Of a DNA stretch of 64,000 nucleotides, positions 34,433-48,285 are shown one piece after another; positions within the stretch are counted from its first letter, which is position 1, and the number at the start of each line of letters is the position of its first letter. The position numbers and the translations under genes are program-made. The stretch is from assembly GCF_963921235.1 (NCBI RefSeq), contig NC_086118.1, positions 17,920,001 through 17,984,000 of the forward strand, in the 5' to 3' direction. The notes below the pieces were generated by a model. The model saw only the letters and a list, made by a program, of their open reading frames with translations. It did no database searches and was not told the origin of the DNA. The stretch comes from Mobula hypostoma. Its lineage: Eukaryota.

Positions 34433-35745
34433 GTAAGATCATTATTAATGGTGACACATTTCACAGAACTTGTTGGTGTATTTTGTATGGTTGGTGATGC
34501 CATGCGAGCTTTGCCTTTCCATCAACAGATTAAGCATCCTATTGAACTCCAAGCTGCATTTTTATTAACACGTATAGATCTGCCCAATTTAGCAATTAGT
34601 CCATTGGAAACCACAGATCCACTTGTTCTTTTATTACTTGTAAAGATAAATCATTGGATTTTGTATCAAGATTAAAATGATGTGTAACATATTCATGGAC
34701 AAAGTAATGTACGTATGGAAACAGTGGAACGATCATTTGATCTGTGCACAAAGCATGTAAAAAAGGAATTAACAGTTTTAATATCTTCAAAGGAATCAAG
34801 AATTTGTATGATCCAGTACATCTATTGTGTAGTCGTACACAGTGCAATAACTGGATATCTGAAGTCTATTAGAAAATTCCCATATTTTCTTTTAAAGATT
34901 AAATAATATTTTGTTGCACTCATCTTAAAAAATGGTTTGACCATTTAAACTAAAGTAGGAGAATTGTGTTTCCTGTAGATGATGTTCATATCTTTCTGGC
35001 TGAATTGCTTCTTTAAAAACATAACAATTAAGGAAATTACATGTTTGGACAGCAGTCAGTAAGTGGGATCCACATAATTGCAGTTAATGTACCCTGAGAC
35101 TGGCATAAGACATCAAAAGTACATTTAAGTAAAATATTCACATTGAATTTAATAACCACTTAGAATACTATATATGCTTCTGGTTACCAGAGTGGAAAAG
35201 AAATATTACCCCAATTGAAAGGATGAAAAGGAAAGCAGGTAGAATGATTGAAGGGATGGAAGAACTGGATTCTGAGGTGCAATTATATAAATTGGGCTTG
35301 TCCTCCCTGGGGAAGAGAGAATTGATTGGTGATGCGTGATCACTGTTATTAGGATTCTAAATTATCTTAATAATGCAACTATTTATAGCTATTTTAACTC
35401 CATGACAACAAAAACAAAGCATGTGTTTTGAGCAAGGTAAGTGCAGAAACATTATTTCAGCAAGATGGTGAGTGATCAAGTAATGGATCAGAGGAGTGCA
35501 ATTTCTTGATACATTCAAATGTAAATTAGATAAATTATCAGGGAAAGTAACATTTTAAGATGGAATAAATTTGCAGTTTAAAATAAAGCAAGGACATATT
35601 CTTTTGGGAAGAAATAGATGATTTTAGATCTGTGCTTAAATCTTTCCACAACCAGTGTTTTTACGTGTCATGTCTGGGTCCTGCAGTCTAATTTATAGAA
35701 ATTGACTGCTATGAACTGAGAATATATTTATTTTAATTGCATAAC

Positions 35746-36106
35746 TGTGGGTGGTGGGGTGGAGATGCATCTCTGTCAAAGGAGGTGCAAGGTGCTCCTT
35801 CCCTCTGCTAGCCTGCAGGTGTTTCACCCGTTTAGACCCCCAATCAGCCTCAGGTGAAGTTATGGGTGGATAGTCGTATGAGTGGCTGGTATATATCCCA
35901 AGTCCTGCTTATGCAATCACTGACGCCAGGCAGACAATCTCTGAAGGGTATTGATGATGGCTGGGGTCGCCTGCCTTGTAAAGACACTGCCCAGAAGAAA
36001 GCAATGATGAACCACTTCTGTCGAAAAATTTGCCAGGAAGCATCATGGTCAAAAGATCATGCTTACCCACGTAATACAACATGGCACATAATGATGATGA
36101 TTATTT
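35746..36106 (+). mobile_element. RTE-derived non-autonomous retroelement or SINE
   Basis: RTE/BovB-like 3' end (aaccacttc...tttgcc.ggaa..atgg) and (ATG)n tail. Family recognised from memory only. Confidence 0.55.
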
Positions 36107-36977
36107 TATAACTGTGTAAAAGGTGACTAAAATACAAACCAGACGGAATCTGGTGTTTTTATATCTGACAATTCCTTTGTTTTCTGTGCAACACCTTCAC
36201 TGCATGTATTGTTACTTACAGTCTCAGTCTTGGCTCCATTCAAGTTAGAACTAGCTGGAACTATTTTTAATTTGAATTGGTTGTTAACAAGTAGAAACAT
36301 TTTAGCTTTAGCACTACCTTTTTTAATTTTAATCACCAGGGTTACCAGTGCAATAAAAATGTTGGCCTTGATTGACAAACAAAGGTTTTCATGCTTTGTT
36401 CTTTGAAAAATGAACCCTAGCTGCATAAAAGAAGGAATTGCAATTTAGATTAATGGAAAGTAGGGACAAGCAGGAGTAATGTTACAATTTATTTGAACCC
36501 ATTTGGGACTACATAAGCATTATCCACTCAGGATAGAGTTCACATATCCCCGTGCTTTTAGAATCTGCTACTATAATTATGTTCCTTCTTAAACAGATCC
36601 TTGATTACAGGGAAACCAATCTATGTGCCTTTGTGCATCTGCAGATATGTGTATCTGAATAAAGATGGGCATTCTTCCGTTGGTAACATATCTAACATTC
36701 AATATTTAAAATAAAAATGGGAAGGAAACATCTATAATGATTAGATTTTAGAACATCTGCAATGATTTATTTTCTGTGGAAGAGCAGTCTCACTTGATTT
36801 AAGTTCCCATTTTCTGCACTGAGATAAATGGGTAAAGATATATAGTACAATTGTGGATATTTGGTTATCTGGGGCTTGCTGTACTGTACTGAAATGATGT
36901 TCATGTTAACTACAAGCAGATGAAATGCTGTTAAGTTTAAATACTAAATAGAAAACAAATCCTAATTAGTTTCTATT

Positions 36978-37525
36978 TTCTTGGTGGTGGTTGTCCATCG
37001 TGTCTGACAATGAAAAGAAACCTGTGCAGGGGAATTTTGAAGTGGAAACATCATTGCACTGAGGCAGTTTCACTCCCTTGACCTCAAAAGTCCAAATTAG
37101 TGGTAGAAACAAACATCGTCGCAGACTGGGGTCTTCCTTGGTTGGAGTGGATGACCGTGACATCTCCTGTGCCTTGTCATGCCGTTTGCTCTCCATGTAG
37201 CATTGCAATAGAACCTTCCTAGCTGTTGAATCTCACTGTAGATCTCATTCCCCCCCCCCCCCCGTACACCAGAGCTGACTTCACATGCTGGGATAGACAT
37301 GTCCCTGACTCACCGGGGTACGATGCTGCCAGCTTACCCTCACATGGTTTAGCCTGCCTGCTGAAGTGGGTACCAGGGTGTGGCCACTTTTATATGTAAG
37401 CATCTACTTGTAGCCACAGGTGAGAGCTGAGAGTCTGGTGGGGACCAAATGGGAGTGACCTGCCCCAGAATGAATGCTACAAGCCCTTTCACCAGAGCTG
37501 CTACTCCTCCCTGAACCTCATACAC
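36978..37525 (-). mobile_element. RTE-like 5'UTR-derived non-autonomous element
   Basis: Minus strand ggtccccaccagactctcagctctcacctgtggc...ggccacaccc...ggctaaacc resembles RTE 5' UTRs as I recall them; short (ACC)-type tail. Confidence 0.5.
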
Positions 37526-37790
37526 CGCATGCACTTTCTGAACTCTGTTGAAAAAAGTCATGTCTCAGACTGCATGGCTGCAATTAGTGCTGTCCTTGAT
37601 GGGAAATGCTGGCAAAAGAAGATGATTTCTGTGTGAGTCATAGTATATGAGGATTATGCATGAATATGTCAATACCTTGTAGTTTTGTCCTAATTATAAT
37701 ATTTTAGTTAGCAATATAAGCACCTAATTTCTTATCACTAGGAAGCATTTTAACAACACATTTTTCTCATAACTTTTCCTTTCTCTTTAG

Positions 37791-38024
37791 CCTTCAATTC
37801 AAGAATCTGTAAGCAAGTTTATGGCATATGTGCACACCAGTGTCAATGAAACATCCAAGTCCTATTTAATTAATGAACGACGATATAATTATACTACACC
37901 CAAGTCATTCCTAGAACAAATCAAGCTGTATCAAAACCTGCTAGCTAAGAAGAGTAAAGAGCTTACGGCCAAGATGGAGCGTCTGGAGAATGGACTGCAG
38001 AAGCTAAACAGCACCTCAGCGCAG
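37791..38024 (+). CDS. DNAH9: Dynein heavy chain exon, [19 protein letters not shown]...[21 protein letters not shown]...[15 protein letters not shown] (start of stalk coiled coil)
   Basis: Long pyrimidine tract and tttag acceptor, gtaaag donor, 234 nt phase 0-0. Conserved YTTPKSFLE and RLENGL.KL motifs. Confidence 0.94.
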
Positions 38025-38739
38025 GTAAAGCACAGCCCTTATGCATATTACTAGCAAAATCAAGTTTCTTCCTAAATGGTAAATGCGCTCTTCCCAATGA
38101 AGTACTCCTTTTGCAAACTGTGTAACAGGCATCTTAAAAGCAATCAAACTGGAAAGGCATTCAAAAAAATCTACACAAATTCTGTTGTAAAATGAATCAA
38201 GGTTGCTGTAGTGTAGACACAAGATGATGGGATGTAGCTTGTCGTTTGTGCAGGAACTTCATTTCTGATACTGTTTGGGTGAGATGTACAGTTTTTCCCA
38301 TTGTCACTATTGCAGCTGTATTTCTGTTTATTTTATACAAAATTATTATTTTTAAATCATCAGTTAGATTCAGAGATCTGAGCTCTCAGTGAATGCATGT
38401 AATAATACTGACCAGGCAGTTAAAACAGAGATATTTTAGCCCAGTCTCTTATGTGTTGCAGATTTATAATAACGCTAATTTACTCTGAGGATGAAAGTTA
38501 AAAGCAAAGCTTTTATGTGACCTTAAACCCTTCCTATACTTACCAGAATGTGAATAATTTTCCTTTGGCATAAAATGAAGCTTATGTACTCAGGCTGCCT
38601 TTCCAACTCCTCCCACAATTACAAGTTGAAGCTCAATAGGGACTCAGTATAAGATCTAAAAAGGAGCACCTCCAGGCTTTTTTCCGGTGGCCCAATGCAG
38701 TCACAATTCATTAGCCAGGGCAAATAAAAATAAGATGGG

Positions 38740-41700
38740 GAAAAGCAGAGCAGCCATTGTTCGAGTGGCTGTCGTGTGAGTGGACCAGTGTTAGAGAGCT
38801 GAGGCTTTGGCTCAGTAGGCTTGGGTGGGGTAAATTTCTAGTAAGTTTCTTCTTCTTCATTCTTCATCTGCTAGTGCAATGAAAATGGCTCCAGGGGCTG
38901 TGTTGTGTTCTTTGTGTGAGATGTGGGGATTCTGGGGACTACCAGCCTCTCAGAAAACCACATCTGCACCAGGTACACCAAGCTGCAGCTCCTCAGAGAA
39001 TTTGTTAAGGAACTGGAGCTGAAACCCGGTGACCTTTGGCTCAAATCGGAAACCGAGGAGATAATAGAGAGGAGCTACAGGGAGATAGTCACCCATAAGT
39101 TGCAGGAGGCAGGTACCTGGGTGGCTGTCAGGAGAGGGAAAAGAAATGGGCAGCCAGTCAGGAGTAGCCCTGTGTCTATTCCCCTCAATAATAAATATTC
39201 CACTTTAGATACTATTGTGGGTGCGGAGCAACCAATTGTCAGAGCCGACTGGGTCTCTGGCTGAGTCTGGTGCTGTGGTTCAGAAGGGAAAGGGAAGAAG
39301 ACGACTGCTGTATTGATAGGGGACTCCATAGTTAGATGAGTAGATATGGGATTCTGTGGACATGAAAAGGATACCTGGATGGTATGTTGCCTCCCAGGTG
39401 CCAGGGTCAGGGATGTCTTAAATAGTGTCCACTGCATTCTAAAGGAGGACGGTGAGCAACCAGCTCTTAGTGTATGTTGACACCAATGACATAGGTAGGG
39501 AAAAAAGGTCTTGAAGAGAGAATTTAGGAAACTAGGTGGAAAACTGAAAAGCAGGACCTCTAGTGTAGTAATCTTTGGATTGCTGCCTGTACCATGTGTC
39601 AGTGAGGGTAAGATTAGAATGATTTGGCAGATGAATGTGTGGCTGAGGATCTGGCTTCAGATTTCAGAATCATTGGGATCTCTTCTGGGGAAGGTATGAC
39701 TTGTATAAAAGGGATTGGTTACATCTGGACCCGAGGGGGGCAATATTATTGTGGGCAGGTTGCTGGAGCTGTTGGGGAGGATTTAAACTACTTTGGTAGG
39801 GGGATGGGAACCGGATTGATCGGGCTGAGAATGGGGCAGTTGTGAGGCCACTAGATGCCGTGTGCAGTGAGACTGTCAGGATGGACAGGCAGGTGATGGG
39901 GCAAATTTGAAGTCAGTAGAATGAGGAGCAGTGTAACATAGGGACAAAATCAAAAAGGGTGATAAGTACAGAAATGAAGCTCGCAGTATATGGAATAATG
40001 TTGATATTCTTGTAGCACAGTTAGGGATTGTCAAGTATGACATTGTGGGCATCACTGAGTTGTGGGTGAAAAAAAAATCATAGTTTGGAGCTTAACATCC
40101 AAGGATGATCCATTGTATTGAAAAGACGGGCATGTAGGCAGAGGGAGTGGGGTGGCTGTAATGGTAAAAAAAATGAGATCAAATCTTTAGTAAGGTGGCA
40201 GAGGAGCAGAAGATGTAGATTCCTTGTGGATAGAGTTAAGGAAATGCAAGTGTAAAAAGACCCTGATGGGAGTTATATACAGGCCTCCAAACAGTAGCCA
40301 TGTGTGAGCTACAAATTACAATGCAAAATAGAAAATGCATGTCAAAAGGACAATGCTACAATACTTATGGGGGATTTCAGTATGCAGATAGATTGGGGAA
40401 ATCAGGTTGGTGTTGCATCCCAAGAGAGAATTTGTAGAATACCTCTAAAATGGCTTTTTTGAGCAGCTTATGGTTGAGCCCACCAGGGGAAATGCTATTT
40501 TGCTTTGGGTAGTGTGTAATGAAATGGATTTGATTATAAAATCATAAGATCATGAGATATAGGAGCAGAAGTAGGCCATTTGGCCTTTCGAGTCTGCTCC
40601 GCCATTCAATGGGCTGATCCAATTCTTCCAGTCATCCCCACTCCCCTGCCTTCACCCCATACTGTCCTGGCTAATCAAGAACCTATCTATCTCTGCCTTA
40701 AATACACCCAATGACTTGGTCTCCACAGCCGCTCATGGCAACAAATTCCACAGATTTACCACGCTCTGACTATAGTAATTTCTCCGCATATCAGTTCTAA
40801 AAGGAAGTCCTTTAATCCTGAAGTTGTGCTCTCTTGTCCTAGAATCCCCTACCATGGGAAATAACTTTGCCATATCTAATCTGTTCAGGCCTTTTAATAT
40901 TTGGAATGTTTCTATGAGATCGCCCCTCATTCTCCTGAACTCCAGGAAGTACAGCCCAAGAGCTGCCAGACGTTCCTCATACAGTAACCCTTTCATCGCT
41001 GGAATCATTCTCGTGAATCTTCTCTGACCCTCTTCAATGTCAGTATATCCTTTCTAAAATAAGGAGCCCAAAACTGCACACAATACTTATAGAGCCTCAA
41101 CATCACATCCCTGCTCTTATATTCTATACCTCTGGAAATGAATGCCAACATTGTATTCGCCTTCTGTACAACCAACTCAACCAGGATACTGTGTACATGG
41201 ATTTTCAGAAGGCCTTTGACAAGGTGCTGCACATGAGGCTGCCTAACAAGAGCCCACGATATTACAGGAAATTATTCACATAGATAGGAGATTGGCTGAT
41301 TGGCAAGAGGCACAGAGTGGGAATAAGAGGAGTCTTTTCTGGTTGGCTGCACTGACGAGTGGTATTCCTCAGGGGTTGGTGTTGGGATCGCTTCTTTTTA
41401 CGTTATATGTTAGTGATTTGGATGATGAAATTGATGGCTTTGTCGCCAAGTTTAGGGACAATATGAAGATAGGTGGAGGGGCAAGTAGTGTTGAGGAAGC
41501 AGGGAGGCTATAGAAGGTTTTAATCAAATTAGGAGAATAGGCAAAGAAGTAGCAGATAGAGTAGAGTGTTGGGTAGTATATGGTCATGCAGTTTGGAAGA
41601 AACAAAGGCATAGCCTATTTTCTAAACAGGCAGAGAATTCAAAAATCTGAGGTACAAAGAGACATGTGAGTCCTCGTGCAGGTTTCCCTAAAGATTAATT

Positions 41701-42376
41701 TGCAGGTTGAGTTGGCAGTGAGGTAGGCAAATGCAACCATAGCATTTATTTTGCGACAACTGGAATATAAAAACAAAAATGAAATGCTGAGGATTTAAAA
41801 GGCACTGATGAGATCTCACTTGCAGTATTGTGAGCAGTTTTGGAACCTGGTCTAAGAAAGGATGTGCTGACATTAGAGAGAGGGTTCAGAGGAGGTTCAC
41901 AGGAACGATTCTGGGAATGAAGGGTTATCATATGAAGAGTATTTGATGGCTCTGGGCCTGTACTCACTGGAATTTAGAAGAATGACAGAGAATCTCATTG
42001 AAATGTAATAGATGTTGAAAAGCCTAATTAGAGTTGATGTGGACAGGATGTTTCCTATGGTTGAAGAGTCTAGGAGCAGAGGACATAGCCTCAGAATAGA
42101 GGGACTTCCATTTATAACGGAGTTGACAAATAATTTCTTTAGCCGGAAGATGATGAATCTGTGGAATTCGTTGCCACAGGAGGCTGTGGAGGCCATATCA
42201 TTGAGTGTACTTAAGGCAGAAGTGGATAGGTTCTTGATTAGTGAGGATGCGAAAGGTTACGGGCAGAAGGTAGAATGGGGTTGAGAGGGAAAATGGATCA
42301 ACCATGATGAAATTGCAGAGCAGACGATGGGCTGAATGGCCTACGCCTGCTGCTGTCTCTGATGGCCTTATGGTTC
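38740..42376 (+). mobile_element. Near full-span decayed CR1 (5'UTR, zinc-finger/esterase ORF1, ORF2 pieces)
   Basis: C..C.MW...C...KLQLL zinc finger, IGDSIVR and CCLPGARV esterase motifs, APE and RT remnants, 3' tail at about 42368. Confidence 0.85.
40538..41182 (-). mobile_element. CR1 3' fragment nested antisense in CR1
   Basis: RRMRGDLIETF, RTREHNFRI; same subfamily as 175-530; tail at about 40538-40555. Confidence 0.88.
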
Positions 42377-45300
42377 TAGTGTGTGGAGATGTTGTTTAGC
42401 CTTACTGCTTGGGGAGAGTTACAGGTTTTGAATCTGGTGGTCTTAGCGAGGCTGCTACATAGCTTCCTTCCTGATGGGAGTGGTGCAAATAGTCCATGAG
42501 CAGATTGGGTGGAATCTTTTATGATTCTGCTAGCCCTTTTCTAGCACCTTTTTGTATATATGTCCTTGATATTGAATAGTCCATACTGGTGATGCATTGG
42601 GCATTAGTTTTAGTTTTGACTACCCGTTGTGGAGACAGTTTGAGCTCATTGTCTGCGTTGTGCTCTGTACCTTGCTGAGATTGTCAATGATCTTAATGAG
42701 TGATGGTGGGGTGATTGGAACTGCCATTGCTTGCATATTGTGTATTGGATTGTGGTGGGAATAGGGGAGGAGCAACACATTAGATTGGATTGGAATTAGG
42801 GATGAATGAATCTTAGGTGGTGTTCATGACCAGCATTTTCAGTGGGAAGTATATCGAGGGGTCAGGGTTGAGGTCACGTGGGAGTGTGGGTGATTTGAGT
42901 TGGGAACAGCCCCTCTTGCCTAATGCCAGTGTGTTGCAGCTTCTCCACAATGCTCCAAAATGAGTGTTCCACAAGGAATTGCCTCAGTTAATGCATCCTG
43001 GCACATACATTGTGCCAAGGATGCAAGGGTGATTTATTCTAGCTAGTTCTTCTTAATTTCAAAAATAAAAATGAGCAATCCTAGAAATGATTACTGTCAT
43101 GTTTCATTCAGTCATGGGAAGATATGCTCTTCAGTTACATAATACTGAAATCAAAGTCAGCATTTATCGTCATTTGCACAACTATCTGTAGGCACAGGCG
43201 CAATGAAAAATTTGCTTGCTGTGTCATCACAGACACATACCATCAAATAAGCAGCATTCACAAGAAAAACATAAATTCTACACAATTTTTGCAAGAAAGA
43301 ACACAATTAGATCAAAAATACAGGGTGGTCAAAGCAGTCACGGTATTGCTAAACTGCGGTGATTAAGGTTGTTCCGGTTGGCTCAGTCATCAAATGATTG
43401 AATCAGAACAGCTGTTCTTGAATCTGGTAGTTTGAAATGTATCTCCTGCCTGAAGGTGACTGTGAGTAGGTGGCATGGCCTGGAACAAAATTTTGTTAAG
43501 TAATTGCATAGTGTTCCTCATTCAGGGAAAGCGTACTGAGAACAAAACTTTTCTTAAGGGAGGAATTTAAAGGATGTTCAATTTATTTTAAGAGCATGCC
43601 CTTAATTTATTTTTGATTTGAATTTTAATTTTGTTCAGTAACACAGTTGTTTTTGAGTGCATAGAGCACTAAATTTCTCAGAATGCATTGCATGCATAGT
43701 ACAATAATATATTCCTGCTCAAACCAAGTAATTAACAACTTCATCATCACTTGTCACTTCCTTGCCTGCTGAGGTTGATGGAATTTTGCAAATTCATTTT
43801 GTGATCTGCATTTATTTTTATAAGATCTGCCTGCAGGGTGCATGATCTGTGACACTAGTACATCAGATTTCAAGACCTGATTTTCTATATGGTTCAATGT
43901 GATTGTTCTTAGCAGTGTACGTGTGTGAATGCATCTGGCACAAAATATCATGTCCTTTCGGGAGTTATCTTCTGATGCAAACCATATGTCCCTTGATCCC
44001 AGATGATGCTGTAGAATATTACTTTTGCCACTAGATTAAAGTACGTGCTGTTAATGAGATTTAAAAAAAATCACAATGCAAGCCTGAATATTTTGTGCTT
44101 GTGCATCTTCGGAGAAATATTTTGTGCTTGTGCATTTTCGGCGCTGGTTTGTTATCTTCAAATCATTTCAAAGAGCTAATGTTAATAAAATAGGCACCAA
44201 GACACAAAGTGAGGTTTTGTGAGATTTGAGAGTAAAAAAGCACAATAGGATATATTATCCACTTTCTTCATTTCCTGCCAGATTCCGTCACCCGCAACCC
44301 CTTTTTTGCCTCCTCCCATCACCTCCCAGCCTCTGTCACTATTTATACACTGTCCTCTTCCATCGGCCTGTTACCCCTCTCCGCCTGGACCCACATCACT
44401 TGCTAGCTCATAGAGCACCACAGCACAGAAACAGATTCTTCAGCCCATCTAATCTCTGCTGGCCTGGTTTTCTGCCTGGTCCCATCTATCACAATACAGA
44501 CCATAGCCCTCCATACCTCTCTCATAGATACACCTAGGCAAACTTCCCTTAAATGCTACAATTTAATCTACATCCACCACTTCTACTGGTAGTTCATTCC
44601 ACACTCACAACACCTTCTGAATGGTGTAATTCCCCCTCAAGTTTCCCTTACATATTTAACATTTAACCTTAAACTATGTCTCTAGTTATAGTCTCACCCA
44701 ACCTTAGGGAAAAAACGTCTGCATGCATTCCCCCTATCTTTATCTCTCATAATTTTGTATACCTGTATAAAATTTGCCGCTATTCTTCTTCACTTCAGGT
44801 AATATTATGCAACCTATCCCTCTAAATGCACACAATACTCTGAATTTGGCCTCATCAACAGTTTAGACCATAAGATATAGGAGCAAAATTAGGCCATTTG
44901 GCCCACTGAGTTTTCTCTGCCATTTCATCATGGCTGATCCAATTTTCCTCTCAGACTCAATCTCCTGCCCTCTCTATATATCCCTTCGGGCCCTGATTAA
45001 TTAAGAATCTATCAACCCCTACCTTAAATGTACGTAACAGGCTTGGCCTCCACAGCTGCCTGTGGCACTTTACACAATTCAACATAACATGCTAATTCCT
45101 GTACTCAATAATTTGATTTATGAAAGCCAATGTGCCAAAAACTCTCTTTACTAACCCATGTACCTGTGATGACAATTTCGAGGAATTGCTATTCACTGTG
45201 CAAGTCTTACCCTGGTTTGTCCTCCCAAAATGCAACACGTCTCACTTGTCATTTTGGTACTTAGTGCAAAGTCAATGCCCAGGGACACAGCGGCTTCTCT

Positions 45301-48285
45301 GGCTTTCAATATTGGTGCTAATTTTTAAATTCTTTGATAGTGTTTCAAAGGTTTTAGTCAGGGATTTCAGTCAAATAAAGCTCCGCCAATACACTGCTGC
45401 TAAGCTCTTAGACAAATTTACTTTTAATCCACTGGCAACAGAGTTAATTACGATGCTCAATGGTATCAGGATTCTACAGACACCAGACCCAACGACAGTG
45501 ACCTAGCCTAGGTGGCTCAACCGAAGAAGCGGCAAATGCAGGCGTTGCAAGAGGAAGCAGAAATACGGCAAGACAGCAGCGGCACTCGCTAGGCTAAGAG
45601 CTAAACCGACTAGGCCGGCAGTACCATCACTTTTCCGGGCCAATGCACACACACTAGATAATGAAGTGGACTCTCTGAGACTGAGAATGAATGCACTGAA
45701 AGAGAGGAAAAACTGCTGCATTCTGTTTTTCACTGAAATGTAGTTAAACAGCAACATTCCTGACTCCTGTTTCAACCCAACAGGATGACTCTGTTCCATG
45801 CAGACAGAAACTCCCTGTCGGGGAAATCCAAAGGAGGTGGAATCTGCGTGTAGATTAACAAAGTTAGTGTGCAAACTCACTCCTCTGGGTCAATTGAACA
45901 TCTTACAATTAAATGCCAACTACATTTCTTGCTCAGAGAGTTTACTATTTTGTTCGTCACCGCTTCCCCAAGTGCGAATCCCAAGGACCCACTTGAAGAA
46001 CTTTATAGTATCATCAGCGCTCTACAAAACAAGCATCTGGATGTTCTCTTCATAATTGTAGGAGACTTCAACCATGTTAATCTGCAGGGCATTTTACCCT
46101 AATTCCACCAGCATGTTACCATGGCCATCAGGAGACCAAACAGACTGGACCATGTTTATACAATTAGACATGGTACTTATACAGCCATCCCATACCATCA
46201 TCTTGGCTTCTCTGACCAGATCTCAATAATGTTAATCCCAGCACACTGAGCACTACTGAAAATAGAGAAACCAGTCAAGGGGACCATCATTGTATGGTTA
46301 ATGAGGCAATCTCTTTGCTCCAGGACTGTTTTGAATGGACTAACTGGCAGATGTCCAAGTAATATGCCTCTTCTGTCACCAGCTACATCAGTAAGTGTGT
46401 AGACGACGTTGATACAACAACAGTTATGTCTCTGCCCCACCAAACGACTTGGCTGAACGCTGAGATGAACTCCCTACTCAAAGTCTGCGATGCTGTCTTC
46501 AAGTCTGGTGACAGAACAGCTCTCAGAGTAGCCAGGCGGAACTTATTCATAGGCATCAAGAGAGCAAAGACTGTCTACACACAAAAGATTCAGGAATACT
46601 TGTCCAATAATGATCCCTGGTGTATGTGGCTGGGTGTCAAGGGCTTTACTGACCACGCAAGGAAAACCAGTGTTGTTTGTACCAGTGGCGCCTCCTTCAC
46701 TGATACTCTGAACAATTTTTATGCATGCTTTGATGCATGTAACACAATGCCGGCCATGAAGGCTACTCCCCTCCCAGGTGAGTGACCACTGTCTGTAACA
46801 GCAGCAGAAATGAGACGGACTGTGCAGAGAGTTAACACCTGTAAGGCAGCCAGGCCAGACAACATCCCAGGTCAAGTACTCTGGGCGTGTGCACAAGAGT
46901 AAGTTGAGTCTTCATGGTCATCTTCAACGCTTCACTTGTCCAGACTGCTGTCCCCACATACTTCAAATCAGCCACCATCATCCCTGTACCAAAGAACTCT
47001 ACACCTTCAGAACTAACTGACAACCGCCCGATGACACTGATGCCAATCACCATGAAGTGCTTTGAATGGCTGATAATGGCGCACACCAAAAACTCTGTTC
47101 CTGCCACATTGGCCACTCAGCAATATGCTTACCGATCGAACACTAGGACAGATGCCGTAGCTTCTGTTATGTATCCAGCCCTGAGACATTTAGAAAACAA
47201 GGTCAGAATGTTGTTTCATTTCAGCATTCAATGCCATTGTCCCACAGACCTCAGTGAACAAATTCCTGCTCCTCTGTCTAAATAAACCACTGTGCAACTG
47301 GCTGTAGGATTTCCTAACCAACAAACCACAGATAGTCTGGAGGCACAACTGATCCTCCTCCTCATCGTCCTCAACACAGGTGCCTCCCAGGGCTGTGTAC
47401 TGAGCCCATCGCTGTACACTCTGCTCACACATGTCTGCATAGCCAGAAACCCGAGTAATCGCATTGTCAAGTTCACCGATGACATTACAGTGATGGGGGG
47501 CTCATTACCAACAATGAGGAGGTGGCTTACAGAGAGGAGGTGGGAAAGTTCAAGGCCTAGTGCCAGGCAAATAACCTCTTCATCAATGTCAGCTAGGCAA
47601 AGGAAATGGATATTGACTTTCAGAGCACTTTTACCACTCACATCCCTCTTTACATTAGCAGCATAGCAGTAAAAACTGCTAAGTTTCAAATGCCTGGGAG
47701 TGCAAATCTTGCACAACCTTTCATGGTCCCAGAGCACATTATGAGCAATCAGGAAAGCTCACCAATGCCTCTACTTTCTATGGGGCTGAAGAGAGGTGGA
47801 CTATGCATATGTATACTTGCCACATTCTACAGCAGAGAGCATCCTGACAAGCCACACCTCTGCTTGGTACAGAAACTGCACTGTGGCAGACAGGAAGGCT
47901 ATACCACTGCTAGTGAATACTGCCCAATACATCACCAGCACCAGTCTACTTGCTGTCAAGGACACGTATACAGAAAAGGGCTAGTAACATCATGAAGGAT
48001 CCCACTTACCCTGCTCATGGACTGTTTGTCCCACTCCCATCAGGGAGGAGGCTATAAGGCATCCATGCCAGGACCACCACACTCAAAACACTTACTTCCC
48101 CCAAGTAGTAAGGCTGGTCGACACTTCCAGCCACCAACCCCCGTGATCCATACTCCCACTTTCAGTCATCTCATGTACAGACCCTCCTGTGCCAAGCATC
48201 AATTTATGGACATACAATCAATCTATATTTATAAATTATCTTATGTATTTGTATTTATTGTGCTTCATTGTTATTATTGTTATTA

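Noticed and set aside
34433..34675. ORF-track extension of the third exon ([10 protein letters not shown]...)
   Set aside because: Read-through past a good gtaaga donor into the intron, with no dynein similarity.
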